DNA of 64,000 bases from Candidatus Cryptobacteroides sp. (GTDB lineage Bacteria > Bacteroidota > Bacteroidia > Bacteroidales > UBA932). Both the position numbers and the translations under genes were made by a program. The stretch is taken from the NCBI GenBank assembly GCA_051870055.1, contig JBJEBM010000040.1, positions 697 to 64,696 of the forward strand. Reading direction: 5' to 3'. Each line of letters begins with the position of its first letter. The first letter of the stretch is position 1. The notes under the pieces were generated by a model. The model worked only from the letters and a program-made list of their open reading frames with translations. It had not been told where the DNA came from and ran no database searches. Positions 28,523-38,529 of this stretch are shown here, piece after piece.

Positions 28523-30346
28523 ATGTCAATGAAAAATAAAGTATTGATTCTGATTCTGTCGGTCCTGGCGCTGGGCTGTTCCGAGCATACAGGTGATGCC
28601 GGACAGAAAGGCCAGCCCAATACCGGCTCAAACGGACATCCGGTCCTGATGATAAAGGCCGGAGATGAAGTCAAGATCAAAGAAATGGTCAATTCCAGCC
28701 CGAAGATGAGACTGGTTCAGCAGAAAGTATATTCACAGGCCAATGCTGCAGTCAAGAGCGGCCTTTCCTCATACGTTCTTACAGGCATCAGGCTTCTTGA
28801 TGTCAGCCGCCGCTCTCTACAGAACCTCTTCTCCCTGTCGTACGCCTACAGGATGTCCAAACAGCAGCAGTATCTTGATGCCGCCATTGCCGAACTGGAT
28901 GCGGTATGCGCTTTCCCGGACTGGCATCCGTCTCATTATCTTGATGTTGCGGAAATGTGTATGGGCGTTGCGATTGCCTACGACTGGCTTTATGAGTGGC
29001 TCCCCCAGCAGACCCGCTATGCTGCAGAGAAGGCGATAGAGGAATTCGCCTTGAACACCGGAGTTGACCCTGCTTACAACAAAGGTTTCCTCAACAGCGG
29101 AGGCAACTGGAACCAGGTCTGCTCTGCCGGTCTGTTTTACGGTGCGGCAGCCATCAAAGACAAATCTCCTGAACTCGCCGCAAGGGTTATGGAAATGTGC
29201 AGGACGTCCATAAAGGCTGCGACGGATTCCTACAATCCTGACGGAACGTATGCGGAAGGACCCGGATATTGGGCCTATGGAACTGATTTCAACGTGATGC
29301 TGAATTATGCCGACAATCTTCTCGGGCATACGCCTTATGTCCCTGACGGATTCAGGAAGACCCCGTATTATTATTTCCACACAATCGCTCCTTCGGGAAA
29401 GCGCTACAATTATTCGGACTGCGGACTTGCTGTCACTCCTGATATCGCAGAGTTCTATTTCGCCGGACTGACCGGTGACAATTCGCTCCTTTGGTGGGAT
29501 ATGAAGATGATAGACGATAATATTGCCGACAACCGTCTGCTACCGGCCATTCTCGTTATTGCCAAAGACCTGGATATGAGCAAAATACCGGCGCCGTCAG
29601 AGAACCATTGGACTGGAGGTGGAAGGACTCCGGTATATTTCGCCCGCAACGGCTGGAACTGTGACTCCTCATATATAGGAATCAAGGGCGGCAAAGCCCA
29701 GGACTCCCATTCCCATATGGATGCGGGATCATTTGTATATGAGGCGGAAGGGCTCAGATGGGCAATTGATTATGGCAATGAGAACTACACCAATGTGGAA
29801 AACGCCGGTGTGTCCCTATGGAACATGTCCCAGAATTCAGGCCGCTGGAAACTGCTGGCCTACAACAACAGGCAGCACAATACCATTACTCTCGGAGGCA
29901 AGGACTTCGTAGTATCGGGCAAGGGCGAGATAACTGACCTGATTGATTCGGACGGCAAACAGGGTGTTGTCCTGGATCTGACCCCTTGTTATGATAATGT
30001 GTCAAAAGTGACCAGGACCGCCTGCCTTTATGATGACGGCTCGATGGAGACGGTGGATGTGGTCAAGCCGAATTCCGATACAGAGTATTGCTGGACAATG
30101 ATTTCTGATTACAGAGTGAGCGCAGATACGGGGAATGACGGAAGTGTTCTCCTCTACTGGGAAGGCAAGAAACTTATGGTGACTGTGTCAGCATATCCGG
30201 AAGGCACTTCGGTAAAGGCCTCCTCTGAACTTTTCACGCCGGTAACGTCTTACGAGTCAATGAGAGGCCGCCGCACTACATTCACGGCGACAGTGCCGTC
30301 CGGTGTTGAAGCGAGATTCACAGTTGTATTGAAACCTGTCAAATGA
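28523..30346 (+). CDS. Heparinase II/III-like polysaccharide lyase lipoprotein
   Basis: Lipobox ALGC; NWNQV, DG.Y.EG.GYW.YG, HSHMDAGSF and HNT motifs of alpha/alpha-toroid lyases. Confidence 0.8.
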   Translation: MSMKNKVLILILSVLALGCSEHTGDAGQKGQPNTGSNGHPVLMIKAGDEVKIKEMVNSSPKMRLVQQKVYSQANAAVKSGLSSYVLTGIRLLDVSRRSLQNLFSLSYAYRMSKQQQYLDAAIAELDAVCAFPDWHPSHYLDVAEMCMGVAIAYDWLYEWLPQQTRYAAEKAIEEFALNTGVDPAYNKGFLNSGGNWNQVCSAGLFYGAAAIKDKSPELAARVMEMCRTSIKAATDSYNPDGTYAEGPGYWAYGTDFNVMLNYADNLLGHTPYVPDGFRKTPYYYFHTIAPSGKRYNYSDCGLAVTPDIAEFYFAGLTGDNSLLWWDMKMIDDNIADNRLLPAILVIAKDLDMSKIPAPSENHWTGGGRTPVYFARNGWNCDSSYIGIKGGKAQDSHSHMDAGSFVYEAEGLRWAIDYGNENYTNVENAGVSLWNMSQNSGRWKLLAYNNRQHNTITLGGKDFVVSGKGEITDLIDSDGKQGVVLDLTPCYDNVSKVTRTACLYDDGSMETVDVVKPNSDTEYCWTMISDYRVSADTGNDGSVLLYWEGKKLMVTVSAYPEGTSVKASSELFTPVTSYESMRGRRTTFTATVPSGVEARFTVVLKPVK

Positions 30347-30356
30347 ATTTTCTGAT

Positions 30357-31718
30357 ATGAGTTGTATAAAAAACATAATTATAACGGCGGCTATATGCGT
30401 TACGGCTGCAATTGCCGCATCCTGCTCTGATAATGAGGAGGTCAGCATTTCCGCAATTCATCTGGATTGCACGGATCTGACATTGACGATAGGGGACACC
30501 TATCAGATTGTCGCAATGACTGAGCCTGACAATGTCCCTGAAGGGGCCTATGTCTGTATGAGCAACAATTACGCTGTTGCATCGGTCACAGAGGACGGCC
30601 TTGTGACAGCCCTTACCGAAGGCTCGGCCACGATCACTGTGTCGGCCTTGAAGGGAGGCGCTTATGAAAACTGCCGGGTGACGGTCAAGACACCGGGATT
30701 CAACCTGAGCGAGGAAGAAACAGCGAACTGCTACATTGTCAATGAGCCTGGCCTGTACAAGTTCAAGCCGGCGATGGGCAACTCAACCCAGGTAATAGTG
30801 CCGGCATCGGTTGAGGTCCTCTGGGAGACATTAGGCACTTCAACCGCTCCTGAAGCCGGTGCTCTGGTTCGGGATGTCAGATACGAGAACGGACTGGTTT
30901 ATTTCTCCACTCCGGATGAGTTCGTCCCTGGAAACGCTGTCATAGCAGCAAGGAATGAATCCGGCAAAATACTGTGGAGCTGGCATATATGGCTTGTCGA
31001 TGAAATCGGGGAGATTGTCTATGCCAACAATGCCGGCATCCTGATGGACAGGAATCTCGGGGCCACATCTGCCAAACCGGGAGATGTCGGCGCGCTTGGA
31101 CTCGTATATCAGTGGGGAAGGAAGGATCCGTTCCCGGGAGCATCCTCAATCAAGCAGAACGGCTCCAGGGCGGCCACGACTCCTGAAGCTCCGGACAGGG
31201 AGATTATGACTCCGGCCACAGGCAATATTGAATATACGGTAATGAATCCGAGGGTCTTCCTGTCCTATGACAAAAAAGTCAGCGGTGTCGCCAATGACTG
31301 GTATTGCAATGAGAGTGCGGGAACGACTGACGCTACAAGGTGGATGGATACGAAGACAATGTATGACCCTTGTCCTCCGGGATGGAAAGTTCCAAGAGCC
31401 ACATCGGCAGGACTGTGGAAGACCGCGGGTATCCCGCATGCAGTCGCCACTCCTGGAGTCGATTCGGAGAACTGCGGCATAATGCTCGGGGAACCTTATT
31501 GTACGCCTGATACCTGGTATCCTTGTGCGGGCCATACGGCAAATGGCAAGCTCAATTCCGGAAATGAAGGCCACTACTGGTCGTTCTCCACTACCGATAT
31601 GGGCGGCAAGGCCTTCTCCGCCGGCCTGTTCCGGTTCATGTTGACCGACAGAATCTTCTCTGCGGACAACGCCTACAAATATCTTGGAAAGTCTGTCCGC
31701 TGCCAGAAGGTTGAATAG
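30357..31718 (+). CDS. Surface lipoprotein with Ig-like (Big_2) domain and fimbrillin/FISUMP-like C-terminal domain
   Basis: Lipobox AASC; VASV..DG.VTA...G.ATIT; ANCYIV, LWSWHIW, DRNLGA, YQWGRKDPF, DPCPPGWKVP, G.YWS and SVRC motifs. Confidence 0.75.
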   Translation: MSCIKNIIITAAICVTAAIAASCSDNEEVSISAIHLDCTDLTLTIGDTYQIVAMTEPDNVPEGAYVCMSNNYAVASVTEDGLVTALTEGSATITVSALKGGAYENCRVTVKTPGFNLSEEETANCYIVNEPGLYKFKPAMGNSTQVIVPASVEVLWETLGTSTAPEAGALVRDVRYENGLVYFSTPDEFVPGNAVIAARNESGKILWSWHIWLVDEIGEIVYANNAGILMDRNLGATSAKPGDVGALGLVYQWGRKDPFPGASSIKQNGSRAATTPEAPDREIMTPATGNIEYTVMNPRVFLSYDKKVSGVANDWYCNESAGTTDATRWMDTKTMYDPCPPGWKVPRATSAGLWKTAGIPHAVATPGVDSENCGIMLGEPYCTPDTWYPCAGHTANGKLNSGNEGHYWSFSTTDMGGKAFSAGLFRFMLTDRIFSADNAYKYLGKSVRCQKVE

Positions 31719-31742
31719 ACATTCCAGCCTATAGAATAGCAG

Positions 31743-31774
31743 CAGGGCCCGGAGATTTTGACCTCCGGGCCCTG
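31743..31774. terminator. Hairpin between convergent genes (probable bidirectional terminator)
   Basis: Perfect 12-bp stem cagggcccggag/ctccgggccctg with an 8-nt loop. Confidence 0.75.
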
Positions 31775-31796
31775 ATTGTGTATATTGTCTTGCGGA

Positions 31797-32591
31797 CTAT
31801 TCGCCCTCGGCTTCTTCCACTGCCTTGAAATAGCGGTATGAGTTAACCTTGAGCTCGCCCACAGAAAGCTCGTCGCAGACGATGGTGCCTGCCGGATGTG
31901 CCTGGAGACCGGAAACAGTGCAGTAGTGGGAGTAAGGTCCCTCCACGGCGTCCCTGATGGCGCGGGCCTTCTTGCTTCCGAAAGCGAGAATCACCACTTC
32001 CTTGGCTCCGAGCACGGTGGCTACGCCGACGCTGAGCGCCTGTTTCGGTACCTGGTTCACGTCATTGTCGAAGAATCTGGAATTCACTACCCTTGTGTCG
32101 TAGGTAAGTGTCACGACACGTGTCCTTGACTGGAGAGAGGAGAACGGCTCGTTGAATGCGATGTGTCCGTCCTCGCCGATGCCGCCAAGGAACAGGTCGA
32201 ACCCGCCTGCTGCCTCGATGGCTTTCTCGTAATTATCGCACTCCGCCTTGAGGTCGGCTGCGTTGCCATTGAGAATGTGGATATTTCCGGCCGGTTCGTC
32301 AATGTGGTCGAACAGGTATCTGTGCATAAATGAGTGATAGCTCTCCGGATGATTCTCAGGGAGTCCCACATACTCATCCATATTGAAAGAAATCACATTC
32401 TTGAAAGAAACCTCACCGTCTTTCACCATTCTGATGAGTTCAGCATAAGTCTCGATCGGAGTTGAACCGGTGCAGAGGCCGAGCACAAAAGGCTTGTCGC
32501 TCACTGCCGCTTTCTCGTTGATTCTTTTGGCGATGTAATGTGCGGCCCAGATGGAACCGCTCTTGCTGTCGTCTCTGATTATAAGTTTCAT
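31797..32591 (-). CDS. nagB: Glucosamine-6-phosphate deaminase
   Basis: [19 protein letters not shown] and [13 protein letters not shown] motifs with the catalytic residues intact. Confidence 0.95.
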   Translation of the reverse strand: MKLIIRDDSKSGSIWAAHYIAKRINEKAAVSDKPFVLGLCTGSTPIETYAELIRMVKDGEVSFKNVISFNMDEYVGLPENHPESYHSFMHRYLFDHIDEPAGNIHILNGNAADLKAECDNYEKAIEAAGGFDLFLGGIGEDGHIAFNEPFSSLQSRTRVVTLTYDTRVVNSRFFDNDVNQVPKQALSVGVATVLGAKEVVILAFGSKKARAIRDAVEGPYSHYCTVSGLQAHPAGTIVCDELSVGELKVNSYRYFKAVEEAEGE

Positions 32592-32612
32592 CTTGTATTG
32601 TTTTTTTGTCTG

Positions 32613-34535
32613 TTAGCAGAGCTTGAGGAATACCTCAATTGCCTGATATTCAGCCATTCCGAGTTCGTCATATAGACGGGCTGTGTTCTGGGTGCGGTCC
32701 TCTGCCCTCTGCCAGAACTCACGCGGGTCGTCTCCCGGGAACGGCACGATGTCCTTCTGGGAAAGGTGACGGAAAATGGCGTGGCGTTTCTCCACAACTT
32801 CGTCCGGGCTGAGCGGAACGGCCATATCGACACGTCCGATCTCCCACTCCATCCACGCTCCGCGGTAAAGCCAGATGTGGGTGTCGTTCAGCCAGTTCTC
32901 TCCTTCTTCCTTCAACTGCTCGATAGCCTCAAGTGCGGCCTCGGTGCAGACTCTGTGCGTTCCGTGAGGGTCGGCAAGGTCGCCTGCCATAAATATCTGG
33001 TCAGGACGGAGTCTCTTGATGAGATCCTTGATAATGTCGAGGTCAACCTGGGTGCGCGGCATCTTCTTCACTCCGCCGGACTCATAGAACGGCAGGTCGA
33101 GGAAATGCACATTGGTGTTGTCATTGAGGCCGAACGAACGGTCGGCGCCTCTGGCCTCGCTGCGGCGGATAGCTCCTTTCAGCGCCAGAAGCTCCTTAGG
33201 TTCAGGCTCTCCCGGTTTCTTCGAGTCAATGATGGCCTTCACTCTGTCGAACTCATCTCCGAATCCGAGCTGGTGAACTGCGTCCATATGCTGGAGCACC
33301 ACATCGTCGTGAACGGCGAGGTCTCCTGAAGTCTCATAAGCCACGTGGACATTGTGTCCCTCATGCACGAGACGGATGAAAGTACCTCCCATTGAGATGA
33401 CATCGTCATCCGGGTGAGGTGAGAATATCAGCACGGTCTTGGGGTAAGGCAATGCGGATACAGGCCTCTGGCTGTCGTCAGCGTTCGGCTTTCCGCCCGG
33501 CCATCCGGTGATGGTGTGCTGCAGGTCGTTGAACACCTCTATGTTGATTTTGTCGTAAGGTCCGAATTTGTCAAGCAGCTCTCCGAGCGAATGCTCCAGA
33601 TAATCCTTCTGGGTGAGCTTGAGAATCGGCTTGTGAACTTCCTGGCAAAGCCATACGACAGCTTTCCTGATAAACTTCCTGGTCCAGTCGCAAGGGCCTA
33701 CCATCCAAGGAGATACCACCCTTGTGAGCAGCGATGCGGCAGTCTCGTCAGCGTAGCAGACAATGTCCGGATGTGACTGGAGCATAGATGCCGGCCAGTC
33801 GATGTCAGGCCTGCATTCTGTCACGTTTTTCACGGCAGTGGCCTTGTCCTCGCCCCACGCCATAAGGATGATTTTGCGGGCGCTCATCATCGTGTCAATG
33901 CCCACTGTGATTGCGGCCATCGGAGTGTGCTTGAAATCTCCGTTGAAGAATCTTCCCTGGCGTTTCCTGGACTGGTATGAAAGCAGCACCGTGCGGGTGC
34001 GGCTCTTCGGAGAGGTGCCGGCCTCGTTGAAGCCTATCTGTCCTCTTTCGCCCATGCCCATAACGAGCAGGTCGAGGCCCCTGAATTCCTTGTCGAATTG
34101 CTCACAGTATGCTGAAATCCTGTCCTCTCCTACACTTCCGTCCGGTACGTGGATGTCGTTCTCGCTGATATCCACATAGTTGAGAAGATAGGAATGGAGA
34201 ATGCTGTTTCGGCTCTGAGGCTCTCCCTTACCGTAAGGATAATACTCGTCAATGGAATAGACCTCCACATTTTTGAATGAGACTTTTCCGTCCTCGAATC
34301 TTTTTCTGAGTCTGTTGTAGAGGGAAACAGGTGTGGTTCCGGTGGAAAGACCAAGCTTGAATTTTCTCCCGGAGCAGGAGTTGATGGCTTCCACAATGAT
34401 GTCAGCGATGGTGTCGCTCGCAGTTGAAGATTGGTCGTAGATTTCCGTCCTTATTCTCTCGAAGCCGTGGAGAATGTCAGCCGGAATCCCCTTCTCTATC
34501 AAACCGCCTTCTTTTGGCAATGTAAAATGCTTCAT
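32613..34535 (-). CDS. Long NagB-like protein: deaminase-like domain fused to a PIG-L/LmbE deacetylase domain
   Basis: N-terminal GLSTGTTP, DEYYP and GQIGFNE; C-terminal FSPHPDDDVISMGG and DPHGTH. Start MKHFTL at 34535. Confidence 0.88.
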   Translation of the reverse strand: MKHFTLPKEGGLIEKGIPADILHGFERIRTEIYDQSSTASDTIADIIVEAINSCSGRKFKLGLSTGTTPVSLYNRLRKRFEDGKVSFKNVEVYSIDEYYPYGKGEPQSRNSILHSYLLNYVDISENDIHVPDGSVGEDRISAYCEQFDKEFRGLDLLVMGMGERGQIGFNEAGTSPKSRTRTVLLSYQSRKRQGRFFNGDFKHTPMAAITVGIDTMMSARKIILMAWGEDKATAVKNVTECRPDIDWPASMLQSHPDIVCYADETAASLLTRVVSPWMVGPCDWTRKFIRKAVVWLCQEVHKPILKLTQKDYLEHSLGELLDKFGPYDKINIEVFNDLQHTITGWPGGKPNADDSQRPVSALPYPKTVLIFSPHPDDDVISMGGTFIRLVHEGHNVHVAYETSGDLAVHDDVVLQHMDAVHQLGFGDEFDRVKAIIDSKKPGEPEPKELLALKGAIRRSEARGADRSFGLNDNTNVHFLDLPFYESGGVKKMPRTQVDLDIIKDLIKRLRPDQIFMAGDLADPHGTHRVCTEAALEAIEQLKEEGENWLNDTHIWLYRGAWMEWEIGRVDMAVPLSPDEVVEKRHAIFRHLSQKDIVPFPGDDPREFWQRAEDRTQNTARLYDELGMAEYQAIEVFLKLC

Positions 34536-34633
34536 AAAAAATATAGTTTTAGCAGTTCCAAGAGGAATTACAAAAATACTAAAAATTTTGAGTAAGAAAC
34601 TCAATGTAAATCAAAAAAATATTTTTGGCAGGA

Positions 34634-34659
34634 TGGTACTATTTGGGGGAAATACGTCT
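34634..34659 (+). promoter_or_regulatory. Putative ECF-sigma promoter (TGG-N19-GTCT) upstream of the TonB receptor
   Basis: Bipartite motif shared with the other two ECF-linked loci. Confidence 0.35.
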
Positions 34660-34704
34660 ATCTTTACGGCGGAGAGAACAGAATCCCGCCTGAAAGACTG
34701 ATTT

Positions 34705-37461
34705 ATGAAAAGAATTTGTTTGACAATCATATCTGTGGTTCTTGCCTGTGCGCTGCCGGTTCCTGAAGCCGCAGGCAATGCAGTTTCCGGTACGGGTAAA
34801 CACACAAATTTCGGGCGTCAGGAGAAAGTTGTTTCAATAAAGGAAGTCCTTGACAGCCTTGAAATTGAATATGGAGTGCGGTTTGTCTATGACTCGTCCA
34901 TCAGCCCGCTGCTCGATGTTCCTGCCAATTCATCCATTACTATACCGGAGGCTTCCGGACAGGGCTGTTCCGCTGCCTCCGGACTGACAGGCGGCTCTTC
35001 CCTTGAAAAGACCCTCTCAGCACTTTTACCAGGGGCAGGCATCGAATGGAAAGTCCAGAAGAAATACATTGTCCTCAAACGGGCTTCCCGTCCGCAGGCT
35101 GCCGTGCAGCATTCCAGGAACAAATTCACTGTCAGCGGCTTCATCTACGATTCAGCCTCCGGTGAGACCCTGATAGGAGCCGGAGCCTCCGATGGATACA
35201 TTGGTGCAGTGACCAACAACTTCGGCTATTACACATTGACACTTCCGGGCGGCAAGGCAGCTGTAACCTATTCTTATCTTGGCTGCGAGCCGGTTACCGT
35301 GTCCCTGGATGTCAGGAAAGACACTGTAGTCAATATTACCCTTGCCCAGTCCGCCTCTATTGAAGCCTCAAAAGTGGTCGCCCGCAAAGATGCCGGAATT
35401 GCCTCCACATATATGGGTGCCATCGAGATTCCGGGCAGCATTATTGGCAACACTCCCGCCGTCCTCGGAGAGGCTGACCTTCTCAAGACAGTCCAGATGA
35501 TGCCCGGAGTCCAGAGCGGAATGAACGGATTCTCAGGCATATACGTCCGTGGAGGAGGGGCGGATGAGAACCTGATGATGATTGACGGCATATCATTGTA
35601 CAATGTCAGCCACCTCCTCGGGCTGTTTTCAGTATTCACGCCGGAGTCGGTGAAGAAGGCCACGCTCTACAAGGGCTCGTTCCCGGCACGTTACGGCGGC
35701 AGGGCTTCCAGCGTCCTGGATGTCAGGACCAATGACGGCAATGCCAACGGATTCCACGGCTCGGTGAGTGCCGGCCTGCTCTCCGAAAAACTGCATTTCG
35801 AAGGCCCGATTGGAAGCCCGCGTACCACGTACTCCCTGAGTGCCAGGGGAATGCATACTTTTTTCCTGGACCCTTTGGCCAGATTGCTCGGCAGTCCGGC
35901 CAATTATGCATTCTATGACATCAATGCCAAGATTGCCCATCGCATTTCCGGTTCGGACCGCATTTCGGCCGGTTTCTATATGGGCCGGGATTATTTCAGA
36001 TACTCTGAGTCGAACAAACGCAGCAGGCGGTACTATGGGCCTGATTATGAGCCGTATGAGAGACTTACAGACGATATGTCCAAGATCAGGATGAACTGGG
36101 GCAATACAGTGGGGATGCTGCGCTGGAACCACGTCTTCAACGGGAATCTCTTCCTCGATGCCTCGGCTTATGTGAACAGATACAGGATGAATGTCGGGAC
36201 AGTTTCCTCGTATTGGGAAAAAGATGCTGAAGCGGAGACGCGGGACAGGATGGAGTACGGCTTTTTCTCCGGCATTCTCGACATCGGAGCGAGGGCCGAC
36301 TTTGAGTATGTCCCTGTGAGCGAACACCTTGTAAAGTTTGGAGCAGAGTATGTCCGCCATACCTTCAATCCCGAGACTGAAAGCTCCAGCCAGATGATCA
36401 AGAATAATGATGTCGTGATTGACACCACCCTGCGGAGCGACGTTTCCAACAGGTCCTGGGGAGACGAACTGTCTTTCTATGCAGAAGATGACATTACCCT
36501 GGGAGAACATTTTTCCCTCAATCCGGGCTTGCGCCTGAGCCTGTTCCATACAGGCCGCAAGGTGTATTTCTGCCCTGAACCGAGATTGTCGTTCAAGGCC
36601 TCGTTCGGCAGGGGCTGGGCGGTGAAGGCCGCCTATTCGAGAATGTCGCAATATGTCCACCAGTTGGCTTCAGGCAATCTCAGCCTGCCTTCAGACCTCT
36701 GGGTGCCGATTACCGGGAAGATTCCTCCCGTGAAGTCGAGGATTGTTTCTGCTGGCGGATATTACGGAGGCCTTGAGGGTTGGGAGTTCTCGCTCGAACT
36801 TTACTGGAAGAAGATGGACAATGTCCTTGAATATCTGGACGGCAAGCGGGCGTTCACGTCATCCTCGGGCTGGGAGACGAATGTAGCGGTGGGCGAGGGC
36901 CGCTCGTACGGAGCGGAACTGTATGCCAGGAAGACCGTGGGCCGCACGACAGGCTCCGTTTCATATACGTTGTCCAAGTCTGACAGGATATTCCGGAACG
37001 GAAGCATCAACAACGGCAGGTGGTTCCCTTTCGTATATGACCGTCGTCACAATCTCTGCATTGATGTCAACCAGCGGATAGGGAAGCGTATCGACCTTTC
37101 CGCAGTCTGGAGATTTGACTCGGGACACTGGATGACTGTTCCGGAGGGATGGACCATCGTCATGGATGACAAAGGCGGGTACGGGGACATTGTCCCGTAT
37201 ATTCCGTCGAGGAACAATTATCATCTGCCTCCGTCACACCGTCTGGACCTGGGCATGAACATCCACAAGAAGACGAAGCGGGGTGAGAATGTGTGGAATG
37301 TGAGCCTTTGCAATGCCTATGGCGCGAGAAACCCGGACTGGGTGGTGACTGACAGGACAAATTACAGGTATGAAGACGGCAAGGAGGAGACGCGGCTGGC
37401 ATTGTCCGTGAGGTCGTTCCTGCTTTTCCTTCCGTCATTCAGCTATACTTTCAATTTCTGA
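34705..37461 (+). CDS. TonB-dependent receptor (non-SusC type) with N-terminal signalling domain
   Basis: GETLIGA, GEADLLK..Q..PGV, YVRGG..DENL, YKG.FPARYGGR.SSVLD motifs and terminal LPSFSYTFNF. Confidence 0.92.
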   Translation: MKRICLTIISVVLACALPVPEAAGNAVSGTGKHTNFGRQEKVVSIKEVLDSLEIEYGVRFVYDSSISPLLDVPANSSITIPEASGQGCSAASGLTGGSSLEKTLSALLPGAGIEWKVQKKYIVLKRASRPQAAVQHSRNKFTVSGFIYDSASGETLIGAGASDGYIGAVTNNFGYYTLTLPGGKAAVTYSYLGCEPVTVSLDVRKDTVVNITLAQSASIEASKVVARKDAGIASTYMGAIEIPGSIIGNTPAVLGEADLLKTVQMMPGVQSGMNGFSGIYVRGGGADENLMMIDGISLYNVSHLLGLFSVFTPESVKKATLYKGSFPARYGGRASSVLDVRTNDGNANGFHGSVSAGLLSEKLHFEGPIGSPRTTYSLSARGMHTFFLDPLARLLGSPANYAFYDINAKIAHRISGSDRISAGFYMGRDYFRYSESNKRSRRYYGPDYEPYERLTDDMSKIRMNWGNTVGMLRWNHVFNGNLFLDASAYVNRYRMNVGTVSSYWEKDAEAETRDRMEYGFFSGILDIGARADFEYVPVSEHLVKFGAEYVRHTFNPETESSSQMIKNNDVVIDTTLRSDVSNRSWGDELSFYAEDDITLGEHFSLNPGLRLSLFHTGRKVYFCPEPRLSFKASFGRGWAVKAAYSRMSQYVHQLASGNLSLPSDLWVPITGKIPPVKSRIVSAGGYYGGLEGWEFSLELYWKKMDNVLEYLDGKRAFTSSSGWETNVAVGEGRSYGAELYARKTVGRTTGSVSYTLSKSDRIFRNGSINNGRWFPFVYDRRHNLCIDVNQRIGKRIDLSAVWRFDSGHWMTVPEGWTIVMDDKGGYGDIVPYIPSRNNYHLPPSHRLDLGMNIHKKTKRGENVWNVSLCNAYGARNPDWVVTDRTNYRYEDGKEETRLALSVRSFLLFLPSFSYTFNF

Positions 37462-37465
37462 CATT

Positions 37466-38521
37466 ATGAGACATTTCCGTAAAATATTGACAGCGGTGCT
37501 TCTTGCCCTTCTTTCCGTTTCCTGCGAGAAGATGATCACGCTCGACGGAAGCAGTGAAAAATTCATCATTGCCAACGGATTCCTGAGCTCATCCGACAGC
37601 CTCCATACGGTGTCAGTGGTAAAGGGCGGCTTCCGTATGAGCGATTTCGAGACAGTACAGTCCGCAAGGCTTCAATGCTTTGTCAACGGGGAGCCTGCCG
37701 GAGGAACCGATTCCCTTGTGAAAGCTGCTTCCATATATTTTGCCACGATATCCAAGATGATATTCAAGGCAAGGTTCAATCCCGGGGATGAGGTTAAAAT
37801 TGAAATAGATGCCGACGGCCTGCATGCGGAAATCAGGGAAACGGTCCCGATGCCTGCTCCAGTCGCTTCTGTGGATACGGCAGTTGTCCTGAGACGGGAT
37901 CCGGAGGGAAATATGATACGGGTTTTCCAGCTCGGAGTTTCGGTCAGCGACCGGCCCGGGGAGGACAATTATTACAGGCTCTTGATGCGGATACAGGGCC
38001 GTGCAGTGGTGGAGAGACTGGAAGTGTCTGATCCTGACGGATTTCCTTCTGTAGGAGAAGAAATCGGAAGCCGTGAAGAGTCCATATCTTTTGATAATTC
38101 CGAGGAACCTTTACTCAACAAGCGTATGGATATGTTCGGAGGCGGGGAGAATTATTATGACAATAAGTATAATATTTTTACCGATGCATTGTTCCGGAAC
38201 GGCAGCTACAGGCTTTCGCTCCTGGTCTCAATGTACGATCTGTCGGTACCGGCGAGGGTTTACAGCCCCGGACAGTTGTATATGAGAGTGTCGAGGAAGA
38301 TAACAGTAAGTCTGGTCTCGATGAAGCGGGACAACTATATGTATCTGGATGACTTGCAGTTCGAGGACTCTTCACTCTCGGATTCCTACCTCGTCGAAGA
38401 GATGCCTTATCCGTCCAATGTCAGGGGAGGACGCGGTTACATTGGAATTTCGTCCAGATCGGATTTCGTCTTGAATCTCCGGGATGTCGTGACGGATGAT
38501 GCGTATGGTTTATATTATTAG
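37466..38521 (+). CDS. DUF4249-like lipoprotein
   Basis: Lipobox SVSC followed by EK; D.PGE.NYY, IFTD.LF and SNV.GG.G motifs; typical partner of this receptor class. Confidence 0.75.
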   Translation: MRHFRKILTAVLLALLSVSCEKMITLDGSSEKFIIANGFLSSSDSLHTVSVVKGGFRMSDFETVQSARLQCFVNGEPAGGTDSLVKAASIYFATISKMIFKARFNPGDEVKIEIDADGLHAEIRETVPMPAPVASVDTAVVLRRDPEGNMIRVFQLGVSVSDRPGEDNYYRLLMRIQGRAVVERLEVSDPDGFPSVGEEIGSREESISFDNSEEPLLNKRMDMFGGGENYYDNKYNIFTDALFRNGSYRLSLLVSMYDLSVPARVYSPGQLYMRVSRKITVSLVSMKRDNYMYLDDLQFEDSSLSDSYLVEEMPYPSNVRGGRGYIGISSRSDFVLNLRDVVTDDAYGLYY

Positions 38522-38529
38522 CAGTCATC

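Noticed and set aside
31400-31718. Possible DGR variable region in the C-terminal CLec-like domain
   Set aside because: No template repeat and no reverse transcriptase are visible in the window.
35629-36660. 343-aa minus-strand ORF
   Set aside because: Antisense shadow of the TonB receptor with no recognisable motifs.
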